A stretch of DNA of 64,000 nt, taken from sequence record OL964735.1. One strand, 5' to 3'. The position numbers were made by a program, and so were the translations under genes. The notes below the pieces were generated by a model that saw only the letters and a list, made by a program, of their open reading frames with translations, was not told where the DNA came from and searched no databases. Below, in pieces: positions 19,719-31,823 of the stretch (position 1 is its first letter; the number at the start of each line of letters is the position of its first letter). Source of the stretch: Escherichia phage T4.

Positions 19719-21178
19719 AGACCAGTTACCTCATGAAAATCACCAAATACATCTTCGAATGTATTAGCTTTAGTTTTATCTTCACGTAAACGAATCGCAA
19801 TCGGAAGAAATAATTTAACGTAATCAGTGCGGCCATCAGATTTTAACCAACCGTTGCATTCGCACTCTAGAATTTTTCCAATATAATAATTTTGGTTTTC
19901 CATAATGCGAGTACGGTCAAGTTCATGCGATTTTACACCGGCTTTATCTTTTAAGCCTGAACCAGCATTTACCTTAATTTTTCCACACTCTGACTCAAGA
20001 ATAAATCCACCCGCTTTAGTAGGGTCTTTACGGTGAGGATAAATTCCTACAATTTTTAAATCAACATCAATTACTTCTTTAAATTTATAAAGATTTTTTG
20101 AACGAGCATTTTCCCATAATCCATCGATATTTTTGAGAATAATACCTTCAAGACCTTGGTCAATATACTTTTTATAAATTACCTTAGCTTCATCTAGGTT
20201 ATTTACTACCTGGTTTTCAATTAAAATTACTTTATCATATCCAGATGTCATTTGTTCTAGTTTAGAAAAACGTACATCATATTTCAAACGAAATGCAGGA
20301 AGACTGTATATTTCTACCAACGGGACATAATCCCAGACCTGAAACTTCATGCATTGTGCTTCTTTTTCAGAAATGGTTCCCTTTAAAGATTTATTGGCGA
20401 TTCCATTAGAAGCAGTACGTGATTCAGCTACTTCGGCGAATTCTTTAGCTTTACTGTTTTCAGGATAAGCATCAAAAAGAAAATCTAGGCCTTCTGGCTC
20501 CTTTTTAACTTGCTCATGGTATACCAATTCGCCATCAATCAACACACCTTCTGGATGAATCTGGCGGGCTTCAGCGGTCATTTTAATTAACTCTTCCTTA
20601 AGAAGATCTAATCCTAGATATTCATTACCAGCTCGTGATAAAAGACGAACATCATCTAATTCATCACCTCTAACTTCAGCAAAACACCGAGCTCCATCAG
20701 CTTTTAACTGAGCAAAGGCTGGAAATTTGATATTCTTATTAATGCCTTTTTCATCATAAGAACTTGCGAGCATTTGAGGTTGTTCAGGAATTAAACCTGG
20801 CCAAACTTTGTTTGCAATAGATACTGAAGCACCACATTCAAGGTCTCGCATCATCACTCGACGCAAAACTTCAACATCATCTTTTTTACCATCGGTGATA
20901 TATCCAGTTAATTCCTCAATTGCTGCATTTCCAGTCAATTTCCGAGTAGCTAATGTGAATTCAATGAAGTCAAGCATATCGGTAAGAGTCAACATTCCAA
21001 AACTCTGGGTAGCAATACCAGGTTTAGGCCATTTCTTGATATAATACTGTAACCCACGAGAATAAGTCAGACGATATACTCGTTTAAGCAATTCATTATC
21101 TTTATTCTTTTCAAGAATTGCTTGCTTCTGTTTAGTTGAACCAATAGATGCTATTTCGTTCAGAATTTTAAGAATCAT
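19715..21178 (-). CDS. 30: ATP-dependent DNA ligase gp30
   Basis: 487-aa ORF (T4 ligase is 487 aa); adenylation motif KADGAR. Confidence 0.95.
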   Translation of the reverse strand: MILKILNEIASIGSTKQKQAILEKNKDNELLKRVYRLTYSRGLQYYIKKWPKPGIATQSFGMLTLTDMLDFIEFTLATRKLTGNAAIEELTGYITDGKKDDVEVLRRVMMRDLECGASVSIANKVWPGLIPEQPQMLASSYDEKGINKNIKFPAFAQLKADGARCFAEVRGDELDDVRLLSRAGNEYLGLDLLKEELIKMTAEARQIHPEGVLIDGELVYHEQVKKEPEGLDFLFDAYPENSKAKEFAEVAESRTASNGIANKSLKGTISEKEAQCMKFQVWDYVPLVEIYSLPAFRLKYDVRFSKLEQMTSGYDKVILIENQVVNNLDEAKVIYKKYIDQGLEGIILKNIDGLWENARSKNLYKFKEVIDVDLKIVGIYPHRKDPTKAGGFILESECGKIKVNAGSGLKDKAGVKSHELDRTRIMENQNYYIGKILECECNGWLKSDGRTDYVKLFLPIAIRLREDKTKANTFEDVFGDFHEVTGL

Positions 21179-21444
21179 TGTTCATCCTTTAGAGTTTGGT
21201 TTACAGCTCTATTATAAATCAATTCATCATTAAGCTCAGTCAAAGACCTGTGGTACGTGGTTCTAACTTTATTTCCTTGCATCCAGTGCTTGATATAAAT
21301 GAAACCTTGCTCTACACATTTTTTAAAAATTCGTTCGTCTTTTTGAGCTCGGAATTCTGGATTGCATCTAAAAAATTGATTTACGTGACCGTAATCACGT
21401 GTAGTATTACCTTCATTTTCATAAATAGTGTGAACAACAAACAT
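21175..21444 (-). CDS. 30.1: Hypothetical protein (30.1 position)
   Basis: 89-aa ORF; overlapping start and stop with neighbours. Confidence 0.55.
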   Translation of the reverse strand: MFVVHTIYENEGNTTRDYGHVNQFFRCNPEFRAQKDERIFKKCVEQGFIYIKHWMQGNKVRTTYHRSLTELNDELIYNRAVNQTLKDEQ

Positions 21445-22280
21445 TAGAATGCTCCTTGGAAAATATTATCACCACAAGTAGGTCTATTATACAAATACTC
21501 TATACCGCCGGGCTTAATATAGTTCCATGTCTGAAACGGATGCGTCTGATATGGATGATATGGATTATAAGGATTAAATCCAGGAGTTCTCCAGGTAGTG
21601 TTCCAAGGAAAAGAATCGTTTTTAATCATCTTTTCAATTACATCTTTTATAGCTTTTTCACTATCAAAACTTTCTTTATTTTCCTTTGGTGAAAAAAGCT
21701 TATTCTCTACATCGTTCCATGTATAAACTCGCTGAGCAGTTTTTGGAATATTGTCACGCTCTCCTCGAGCCATCCAATACACAGGAACACGTAATATTTC
21801 ACTCGCGTGATCGCAGTGGTGAGCGAGATCGTCAATATAACAAATTACGTTATATTTCTCTTTTGCTTTTTTGAACAACTCTTCTTTTGAAGAATCATGA
21901 CTACACATCAGTACTTCTGAGAAAGCACCAGGAAAAAGAGCATTCAAATTAAATTGACGATTTAATAGAGCGTCAATAGAATCACCCAATGCTGTAACAG
22001 CAACAAAATTATAATCTTCTTTTAATTTGTTAATTACACACAGAGCATCTTTATATGGAGACAAGTAACGAATAAAATCCGAACGATTGTATTTTTCAAT
22101 TAACTTGACGCCAAGTTCTTCATCACAGTTAAAGAGTTTACCAGGAGAAATAAATTTCTCATCTTGGATCATTTTTAAAATATGTTCTAACGGAAGATTA
22201 TATTTCTGAGCAAAATAAGGAAGGCCTGATTGCCAGCTTAAACATACTCCATCAATATCAGTTAAAATAGTAGGCTTCAT
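21444..22280 (-). CDS. 30.2: HAD-superfamily-like hydrolase with Pro/Tyr-rich C-terminal tail (30.2 position)
   Basis: 278-aa ORF; N-terminal ILTDIDGV matches HAD motif I (DxDG[TV]); C-terminal NPYNPYHPYQTHPFQ low-complexity tail. Confidence 0.55.
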   Translation of the reverse strand: MKPTILTDIDGVCLSWQSGLPYFAQKYNLPLEHILKMIQDEKFISPGKLFNCDEELGVKLIEKYNRSDFIRYLSPYKDALCVINKLKEDYNFVAVTALGDSIDALLNRQFNLNALFPGAFSEVLMCSHDSSKEELFKKAKEKYNVICYIDDLAHHCDHASEILRVPVYWMARGERDNIPKTAQRVYTWNDVENKLFSPKENKESFDSEKAIKDVIEKMIKNDSFPWNTTWRTPGFNPYNPYHPYQTHPFQTWNYIKPGGIEYLYNRPTCGDNIFQGAF

Positions 22281-22741
22281 AGAGAGTCTCTTAATAGGTT
22301 TAACACATCAATAAATTCAGCTTCGGTTAGTATTGTATCATCTTTTGTTAGACCACTAGCAATGCTGTGCTTCAAAACTTTTCCTTTCGAGGCTTGTAAT
22401 GCATCACGAAAGCCCTTGTTTTGAATCGCTGCTTCAAAATATGCATTTGTGTATAATTCTTTCCACGCCGGGGAGTATCTTGAAAACGGAACTCCAAGCC
22501 AAAAGAGGGTCCCACGGTCCTGAGCTCTAGCATAAGACCTTCCAGCTTGTTGGGCGGCAAGCCCGGATAACCCAAATATACGACGTTGTTGTTCAACATT
22601 TTTCACCTTACACCCTTGGAGGAATCCTTCAAGACCTCCAAATTGAATACCATCCATAACGAAAGGCCATTGGGCGAAATTACTTAATGCACATGATGGC
22701 CACCTAAAATTGCTTCTAATCTCTAACTCAGACATTTTCAA
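22277..22741 (-). CDS. 30.3: NADAR-family (YbiA-like) protein (30.3 position)
   Basis: 154-aa ORF; segment ALSNFAQWPFVMDGIQF...EGFLQGCKV resembles the YbiA/NADAR core DFSNFAAWPIKVDG...EHYFQAQKF (recalled from memory, not searched). Confidence 0.5.
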   Translation of the reverse strand: MKMSELEIRSNFRWPSCALSNFAQWPFVMDGIQFGGLEGFLQGCKVKNVEQQRRIFGLSGLAAQQAGRSYARAQDRGTLFWLGVPFSRYSPAWKELYTNAYFEAAIQNKGFRDALQASKGKVLKHSIASGLTKDDTILTEAEFIDVLNLLRDSL

Positions 22742-22934
22742 TGCTTATAATTTCAACATCAGCCCAATGACCATAGCAAGGAAGACGAAATTCAACTGGC
22801 CAGTTAGGGTCCTTTTCTAATATAATAGACTCAACTTGTGGTTCTTCGTGTTCATCAGTATACGGATTTTTATCTGTTACTTTATATGTGACCTTAATGT
22901 ACTGAATTCCAAAAATCTTATTAATTATATTCAT
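22728..22934 (-). CDS. Hypothetical protein (30.4 position)
   Basis: 68-aa ORF in the operon. Confidence 0.45.
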   Translation of the reverse strand: MNIINKIFGIQYIKVTYKVTDKNPYTDEHEEPQVESIILEKDPNWPVEFRLPCYGHWADVEIISIENV

Positions 22935-23128
22935 ACTAATTCCTTTAATCCGTAGATAGGAGATAATTCATCACCCATACGAAGGTCTTCATTTCCATCT
23001 ACCCAGGAAACAATATAAGCCTCTTTTATTTGAATACCACTCCATTTAAATGGAGGTAGAACCTTAGAAATTAATCCAGGTATACCAACTCCCTTTAATT
23101 CAACAGTTTGACCTAAAAAGAATTTCAT
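22931..23128 (-). CDS. Hypothetical protein (30.5 position)
   Basis: 65-aa ORF in the operon. Confidence 0.45.
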   Translation of the reverse strand: MKFFLGQTVELKGVGIPGLISKVLPPFKWSGIQIKEAYIVSWVDGNEDLRMGDELSPIYGLKELV

Positions 23129-23415
23129 TAGAACCTCATCTGAAAACCGTGCGATTTAACATTACCGCCGCCAATATCAGAAATGTTAATTTCACGCGCA
23201 ATTGAAGGGTCAATGTCAATTTCACGATTGAGTTTAGTGATAGCTAAAGTATCACGCCCATTTACAGTACGGAACTCTAAAGGACAAACCACATCAACGT
23301 AGTTTTTAATCGATTCGCTAGTAAGTTGCAAATGTGCAGGAAGGTCTTTAGGTGCCTTTGAGAAAACCACTTCACAGAAATTTTTGCGGGTATCAAAATA
23401 AGTAGTCATAAACAT
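23128..23415 (-). CDS. Hypothetical protein (30.6 position)
   Basis: 95-aa ORF in the operon. Confidence 0.45.
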   Translation of the reverse strand: MFMTTYFDTRKNFCEVVFSKAPKDLPAHLQLTSESIKNYVDVVCPLEFRTVNGRDTLAITKLNREIDIDPSIAREINISDIGGGNVKSHGFQMRF

Positions 23416-23456
23416 AATATTTTCCTCAGTAAGGGGCTGAAGCCCCTCATTTTATT

Positions 23457-23822
23457 TTAAATATCAAATTCATTAAGAACTACATCAAAGATTGCTTCAA
23501 GATGCTCAGGTTTAGCTCTGTTACTCAGAATATGACGAATCCAAGTTTTAACTAAGAGTTTACGATTAGCACCATTCCAGCAAGGATGAGTCCCTAAATC
23601 GCGTTGGCGGAAATCATCATCCAGAGCGATTTTGAAGTTGGAACCTTTCATCGTGATTGAAACCGTGATACCGTTTTCAAATCGCATATAAACGTAGTTA
23701 GGAGTCATATACTGTTCAATTTCGCATACTGATCCATTTTGATGTTTCCAGAGGCAAATAGTATCAATAGAACCTGCAATACCATTAGAAACATATTTAC
23801 GTTCAAAGTTAATGTAGTTCAT
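23457..23822 (-). CDS. Hypothetical protein (30.7 position)
   Basis: 121-aa ORF preceded by a terminator-like hairpin at 23432-23447. Confidence 0.5.
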   Translation of the reverse strand: MNYINFERKYVSNGIAGSIDTICLWKHQNGSVCEIEQYMTPNYVYMRFENGITVSITMKGSNFKIALDDDFRQRDLGTHPCWNGANRKLLVKTWIRHILSNRAKPEHLEAIFDVVLNEFDI

Positions 23823-23890
23823 TTTTATTCTCCGAGATGTTTAATTGCGGTACAGGTATATAATATCATATCCTGTACCAAAGTAAACAA

Positions 23891-24223
23891 TTATTTTACT
23901 ACTTTCCAATGCTGCATGTCAAGTTTACCAACTTTTTTCATCTTCTCAATTAAGCGTTCTGCACGTTGGCGAGCTGTAACATAATGCCATTCGCCTAATT
24001 CATTTTGTTCAATTTTTCCAACGATTACTGTATTCAATTCATAAATCCAACCAGTAAAGAAATTATGAACTTGAATTGTAAAGGTGAAATCTGTTCCCAT
24101 ACCTTCTGTTGTTTCTACTTCAATAATATCACCTTCAACTGCCATTAAGAACCACATAGTTTCATCATATTTACCATTGAAGCATTTAGTTTTAACTGCA
24201 GCGTTCAGATTAATCGTTTTCAT
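23891..24223 (-). CDS. Hypothetical protein (30.8 position)
   Basis: 110-aa ORF. Confidence 0.5.
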   Translation of the reverse strand: MKTINLNAAVKTKCFNGKYDETMWFLMAVEGDIIEVETTEGMGTDFTFTIQVHNFFTGWIYELNTVIVGKIEQNELGEWHYVTARQRAERLIEKMKKVGKLDMQHWKVVK

Positions 24224-24333
24224 TTTATTCTCCTTTGTTTGTGTAAGATAATACTATCACAAAGGAACTATACTGTAAACAACTTTGTGCAATCTTTGGA
24301 AAATAAAAAAGGACTCCCGAAGGAGTCCTCAAC

Positions 24334-24510
24334 TTATGCTTTCTGCTTACCAAAACGAGAAGCATCATCTCGAAGAACCGCACGTGCTCGGCGCATGATC
24401 TTCTCAACAGTTTGATTGATACGAGAGTTCGACCCACGCTTGTAGCCAGCGCGTTTAGAATCACCAACTTTCTTTTCAACTGCTTTCTTTGCTTTAGCTT
24501 GTTTTGCCAT
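24334..24510 (-). CDS. Small highly basic protein (30.9 position)
   Basis: ORF MAKQAKAKKAVEKK...; start taken at the internal Met following the AT-rich leader; Lys/Arg-rich. Confidence 0.45.
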   Translation of the reverse strand: MAKQAKAKKAVEKKVGDSKRAGYKRGSNSRINQTVEKIMRRARAVLRDDASRFGKQKA

Positions 24511-24754
24511 TATAAATTCTCTTTTAAATGAAAATGCAGGACTTATTGGCATTGCCTGCGCAAGCCCTCAAGGGGAACATAGGTTTTTGGATATTTAACG
24601 ACCAGGATAACCATAAACCCGTCATCATTCACATTCAAGAGGTACACCGTAAAACTGTCGGGGTCTTAAAACTATAATGATTCGCAAATCATTAATCAGA
24701 CAGTTCGACGGCTCCTCGATTTAGCTCACACTAAGGCAGTGAATCTCCAATAAA

Positions 24755-25003
24755 TTACTTCAGTGTTACCACAAAGTGACGAACTGCTTTTCGTGCAGCA
24801 GAAGCCAGAGGCTTAGCATATTTAAGTTCATCTTTTTCCTGAAGCTCAGCAGCTAATGCAGTTTGAGCAGGATTCAGATGTTTGAAATAACGCAGGATTT
24901 CAAGAGCTTCGGCTTCAACATCAATAGATGCGCCATAGTTTTCGTGACCATTATTCCATGCGTTTCGTTGCAGTTCAAGAGCGTGTTGTAATTGTTTAAT
25001 CAT
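24755..25003 (-). CDS. rIII: rIII lysis-inhibition accessory protein
   Basis: 82-aa ORF (T4 rIII is 82 aa); position immediately downstream of gene 31. Confidence 0.8.
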   Translation of the reverse strand: MIKQLQHALELQRNAWNNGHENYGASIDVEAEALEILRYFKHLNPAQTALAAELQEKDELKYAKPLASAARKAVRHFVVTLK

Positions 25004-25150
25004 TTAAAAATTCTCGTTAGAGATTAAAACTCGGTAGTCACGTTCTTCTGAATTTCATCTTCTTTCGACAGATCTCTCAGTTGTAGACTACCACATAGAA
25101 TTGTTCGGTTAACTTATTATTCCGACACCCAATTCATATTATTATTTATA

Positions 25151-25486
25151 TCACTTATAAAGACACGGAATAGCTTTATAGTGACAGGTAACGAATTTTT
25201 GTTTAATTTCTTTTGGCTGCTTAAGACCCAGAGCTACAAAAGGATGCGGAACATTTCGAATTTGACCAACTGGAAGAGAAGTCAAATCACCAACTTCGCA
25301 GAAACCTTCAGGAACATCAGGACCGACAGAGTGAACTACACACAGTTCAGGAACTTCACCTTGAACACGTTTACCGATAATAAGTCCTGATTCTGTAACT
25401 TCTTCATCACCGGCTTGTGCAGGTTCAGAAACTAAAATAACATATTCACCGACAGCACGAATTGGTAGCTGTTGTACTTCAGACAT
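25151..25486 (-). CDS. 31: Co-chaperonin gp31 (GroES functional analog)
   Basis: 111-aa ORF (T4 gp31 is 111 aa); position. Confidence 0.9.
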
Positions 25487-25542
25487 CGTTTTTCCTTTTT
25501 GTTAACAGATGAATTAATAATAACAAATAGTTCTTAAAGCAT

Positions 25543-25851
25543 TTATTTACCAATAAATTGAAGCAAATGCTCAACTTTCATACCATTAACGGAAATCAAT
25601 TTGTCAATAGAAAAACCTCGCCACGCACCAAGCTCAACATCAAATACTGGAATCATGTCAGTAGATTCTTTCCGAGTAGATTCAGTCAATTTGCCAGTTT
25701 GCATGGTTGGCATAAAGTCTGCATCACGAGTACCTTTCATAGTACGAATAGTACCATCAGACTTTTCAAAAACTACGTTTGAAACACCCATGGACAATTT
25801 AGTTTTCAAAATTTCACGAATTGCTACTTTCTGCTCAGTTGTCAGTTTCAT
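25543..25851 (-). CDS. 31.1: Hypothetical protein (31.1 position)
   Basis: 102-aa ORF. Confidence 0.55.
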   Translation of the reverse strand: MKLTTEQKVAIREILKTKLSMGVSNVVFEKSDGTIRTMKGTRDADFMPTMQTGKLTESTRKESTDMIPVFDVELGAWRGFSIDKLISVNGMKVEHLLQFIGK

Positions 25852-26088
25852 TTATTTACCTATTACAGTTTTAATATGAGTTGTTCCACGTTCTTTAAGG
25901 GTGGAAAGTAATTTTTGGCATTTTTCTAAATCAGATTTCCAACTATATGGTCTATCAATACAAACCCAATTTGTCTTATAATACTGTTTCCATTTAGAGA
26001 AAAAATATTTCTTATACTCTACAGCAAATGAGATGTTCTCGTTAGAATAAGAACTAATTGCTGTGAGTTTTACCAAACGAAATTTCAT
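25852..26088 (-). CDS. 31.2: Hypothetical protein (31.2 position)
   Basis: 78-aa ORF; start abuts the cd stop. Confidence 0.55.
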   Translation of the reverse strand: MKFRLVKLTAISSYSNENISFAVEYKKYFFSKWKQYYKTNWVCIDRPYSWKSDLEKCQKLLSTLKERGTTHIKTVIGK

Positions 26089-26669
26089 TATTCACCACAG
26101 AATTCGTTGATATTTTCCCAGTTTAACTTATTCAAGTTTTTCTTAGGAACATTAAACACTTCAATACCTGCATTTCGCAGAATATCATCCCAACCGGGTT
26201 TATTTTTGTCGTATGTTTCACAATAAACCAGCTTTTTAATACCAGATTGAGCTATCGCTTTTGCGCAATCTGGACAAGGAGAAAGTGTTACATACATAGT
26301 AGCACCTTCAATAGAAGAACCATTTCGTGCAGCAAACAAAATTGCATTTAGTTCAGCATGAATTTCATTTTTAGATGACCATTCCGAGTGAGCACTACGA
26401 TGTTCTTTCGCCAAAACAAAACGATCAGTTGAACCAAATGATACGCATTCAGGCTTATGACCTTGAATGATAGCATGTTTAGGCTTATTCAACAACCATC
26501 CTTGCTCAGCAGCATAATCACAACAGTTCACACCCCCTGCGGGTGAACCATTATACCCAGTAGAAATAATACGTCCATTCTTTTCAATTACTGCTCCTAC
26601 CTTCCAGGAGCAACATTTTGATTCCTGCGATACTAAATATGCAATTTGAAGTACTGTACTCGCTTTCAT
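26088..26669 (-). CDS. cd: dCMP deaminase
   Basis: 193-aa ORF (T4 Cd is 193 aa); zinc-binding deaminase motifs HAELNA and PCxxC. Confidence 0.9.
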   Translation of the reverse strand: MKASTVLQIAYLVSQESKCCSWKVGAVIEKNGRIISTGYNGSPAGGVNCCDYAAEQGWLLNKPKHAIIQGHKPECVSFGSTDRFVLAKEHRSAHSEWSSKNEIHAELNAILFAARNGSSIEGATMYVTLSPCPDCAKAIAQSGIKKLVYCETYDKNKPGWDDILRNAGIEVFNVPKKNLNKLNWENINEFCGE

Positions 26670-27004
26670 TTCATAATCACCAGATAAGCAGATTTAGCAG
26701 TTTCAACACGATAAATTTCGTGACGAAGTTTAGTTATACTTTTAATAACAGAACTAATTATATTCTGCCCATCTTTAAAGCGGTTTTTCTTATCAATAAA
26801 AACTGCGCCAGTCATCTTTTTGTGAAGCTCAACTGGATACTTCGTCACAATAATAGCATCATACACAGAAGGATGAATACTATTCACCAGAGTATCATTC
26901 ATTAAAGTTATTCTAATGAACTGTGCTGTTTCAGAATCAAGCGCTCTATGATCGCCAGTATCATTTTCAAGACAATTATCAATTATATCAGTTAAATTCA
27001 TCAT
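26666..27004 (-). CDS. cd.1: Hypothetical protein (cd.1 position)
   Basis: 112-aa ORF. Confidence 0.5.
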   Translation of the reverse strand: MMNLTDIIDNCLENDTGDHRALDSETAQFIRITLMNDTLVNSIHPSVYDAIIVTKYPVELHKKMTGAVFIDKKNRFKDGQNIISSVIKSITKLRHEIYRVETAKSAYLVIMK

Positions 27005-27240
27005 AGTACGCCATACACCCTTTGTGCTTCAACTAATCCATCAAAATCCAGTTTAAGATGCGATATTTGATCGCCATCACCTGGATTCACAATTACTAAT
27101 ACTGAACGAGGAGTTTCGGTAATAACACGAACCGATGTTTCAGGAAATCGTTCAGAAACCTTATTTACTAATTCCTGCGCAAATAGTTTAACTTTTTCTT
27201 GGAATTCTTTAACAGTAATCGGTTTTTCACTTAGCAACAT
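27001..27240 (-). CDS. cd.2: Hypothetical protein (cd.2 position)
   Basis: 79-aa ORF. Confidence 0.5.
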   Translation of the reverse strand: MLLSEKPITVKEFQEKVKLFAQELVNKVSERFPETSVRVITETPRSVLVIVNPGDGDQISHLKLDFDGLVEAQRVYGVL

Positions 27241-27268
27241 TTTGTTTTCCTCATTTGTTTTGGTAGAG

Positions 27269-27478
27269 CTATAATATCACAACTCTACCGTAAAGTAAAC
27301 CATTAAATCGCTTTGAATTCCGCAGTTTGAGATTCAAATCTGGAAGCAAAGTGTTCAATACATGAGTCACTTGAGCATGGATTCGAAGCTCAGCTGCGTT
27401 ATCAAGTTTTTCAAACATATTATTAGCGATAATTTGGCTAAACACTACTTCTACGATTTTAGAGTAAGTCGGAAACAT
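27269..27478 (-). CDS. cd.3: Hypothetical protein (cd.3 position)
   Basis: 69-aa ORF. Confidence 0.5.
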   Translation of the reverse strand: MFPTYSKIVEVVFSQIIANNMFEKLDNAAELRIHAQVTHVLNTLLPDLNLKLRNSKRFNGLLYGRVVIL

Positions 27479-27480
27479 AT

Positions 27481-27673
27481 TTACCTCACATAATTTTCTT
27501 CAAGCCAATCAATAACATCCAACGCATTATCAAAAGTTGAACCATCTACTCTGTCTTCTGTTTCATAATCAAGAACATCTAGGCCTACTCTTCCGTCAAC
27601 AATAGGCCATAGACAAAATAGATATTTCTTTTCTTTTTCAATTTTATCACAAAGACGATAAATCTTTTCTAGG

Positions 27674-27681
<8 letters not shown>
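27481..27681 (-). CDS. cd.4: Hypothetical protein (cd.4 position)
   Basis: 66-aa ORF. Confidence 0.5.
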
Positions 27682-29000
<1,319 letters not shown>

Positions 29001-29004
<4 letters not shown>

Positions 29005-29300
29005 TTACATTTATCCTCTTTTAGCTCTTGACGATAATAACATATCATAGTTTTCTGGTCATGTACATATCGTTTTACATCATTAAGCCAAATACGAAAT
29101 TCCTGAGAATCTTCAAATGGCATACCGACCCAGGCTTTACCATCAATAACTTTAACTTGCCAAGATAGTTTAGCTTCATCATATGACTTTATTTGCACAG
29201 GCCAATTAGGATGAACTGTTTCTTTCTTTACTTCTAGAGGCTTTGTCGAACAACCAACTAGAAGACCAATAGATAATATTACTGCTGATAGTTTAATCAT
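29001..29300 (-). CDS. pseT.2: Outer-membrane spanin (o-spanin lipoprotein)
   Basis: 99-aa ORF; signal peptide with lipobox LVGC|S; paired with the upstream i-spanin-like ORF. Confidence 0.7.
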
Positions 29301-29650
29301 TTAGAAAGGTCCTGGATGTCTTCTGCGAACTTGTTGAAGGAGTTGTTGATTTGTTTTTCAACCAATCCTGGCTTATGAGCCACCACATCCGCCTTCTTTG
29401 CATCTTTGCGCAGTTTTTCATTTTCACGCTCAATAGCAGCAATTGCCTCACGATTTTTATTATTCATCGCATCAATATAATTATACTGAATTCGCAAATT
29501 ATTTAATGCTAAGGCGTTTTCATTGGCCGTTTTTGTAATTTCAGTAACTGATGTTTCTAATCTTTCTACCTTATGTTTTAAAATAATAGATGTTCCGCCA
29601 AATGCTATTACAAGTAATAGCAATCCAGCTGTAAAATTACTTACATGCAT
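29297..29650 (-). CDS. pseT.3: Inner-membrane spanin (i-spanin)
   Basis: 117-aa ORF; N-terminal TM helix (GLLLLVIAFGGTSIIL) followed by a coiled-coil-like region; overlaps the o-spanin start. Confidence 0.7.
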   Translation of the reverse strand: MHVSNFTAGLLLLVIAFGGTSIILKHKVERLETSVTEITKTANENALALNNLRIQYNYIDAMNNKNREAIAAIERENEKLRKDAKKADVVAHKPGLVEKQINNSFNKFAEDIQDLSK

Positions 29651-30144
29651 AAAGTTTTAATAACCTCTACAATATCGTCTTGAGAAAGACCGTTAATTAA
29701 AATATGATGTTCAGCTGGAGATTTAGAAATTTTAAAGCATGCCTCAACATCTTCTGCCATATCCGATGCACTACGATTTGGATTACTAATACCAAGGCGA
29801 TGTTTTCCCGTCAAAGGATTAACGATGATATAGCATTTGCAGCTATTGATATGAACATTGGGTTGAGTCTGATTAATGAACACTTCACAATCATACTTAG
29901 CAAGTTGATTTTCTAAAAAGACTTTCATCTCTTCAACCGCATCAGGAAGCATATCACGGGCTTGCTCAAGACGACGATTTCGATATTCTTTAATGGTCGT
30001 TTTCCGCTTGACTTGCTTAGCTAAATCTTTCTTAAGATCAGTGATATATCCAACTCGACGATTTCCTTTGAATACAGAAATCCCATCTGTAGTATCACCG
30101 TATGCTTCAACGACCATTTCAGTAGTAATAAGTTGTAAATCCAT
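29641..30144 (-). CDS. alc: Alc, inhibitor of host transcription
   Basis: 168-aa ORF with tandem Met start (T4 Alc is 167 aa); preceded by an early promoter. Confidence 0.8.
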   Translation of the reverse strand: MDLQLITTEMVVEAYGDTTDGISVFKGNRRVGYITDLKKDLAKQVKRKTTIKEYRNRRLEQARDMLPDAVEEMKVFLENQLAKYDCEVFINQTQPNVHINSCKCYIIVNPLTGKHRLGISNPNRSASDMAEDVEACFKISKSPAEHHILINGLSQDDIVEVIKTLCM

Positions 30145-30164
30145 CATAAAGTCCTCATGTTATG

Positions 30165-30208
30165 TCAGTAAGACTACTATAACACAACACGAGGGACTTG
30201 TAAACAAC
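30165..30208 (-). promoter_or_regulatory. T4 early-type promoter upstream of alc
   Basis: GTTTAC -35 and TATAGT -10 on the minus strand; nearly identical to the cassette at 17025-17065. Confidence 0.5.
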
Positions 30209-31796
<1,588 letters not shown>

Positions 31797-31804
31797 AATA
31801 AAAT

Positions 31805-31818
31805 GGGCCTTGCGGCCC
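31805..31818 (-). terminator. Hairpin between nrdB and denA
   Basis: gggcc-ttgc-ggccc stem-loop. Confidence 0.4.
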
Positions 31819-31823
31819 ACTCC

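Noticed and set aside
22372-22599. 75-aa alternative-frame ORF inside the 30.3 coding region
   Set aside because: Same strand but out of frame with a motif-bearing ORF and no independent RBS seen; not called, though a nested gene cannot be excluded.
25143-25150. TATAAATA on the minus strand as a late promoter for rIII
   Set aside because: It lies about 140 nt upstream of the rIII start, at the very end of gene 31; too uncertain to call.
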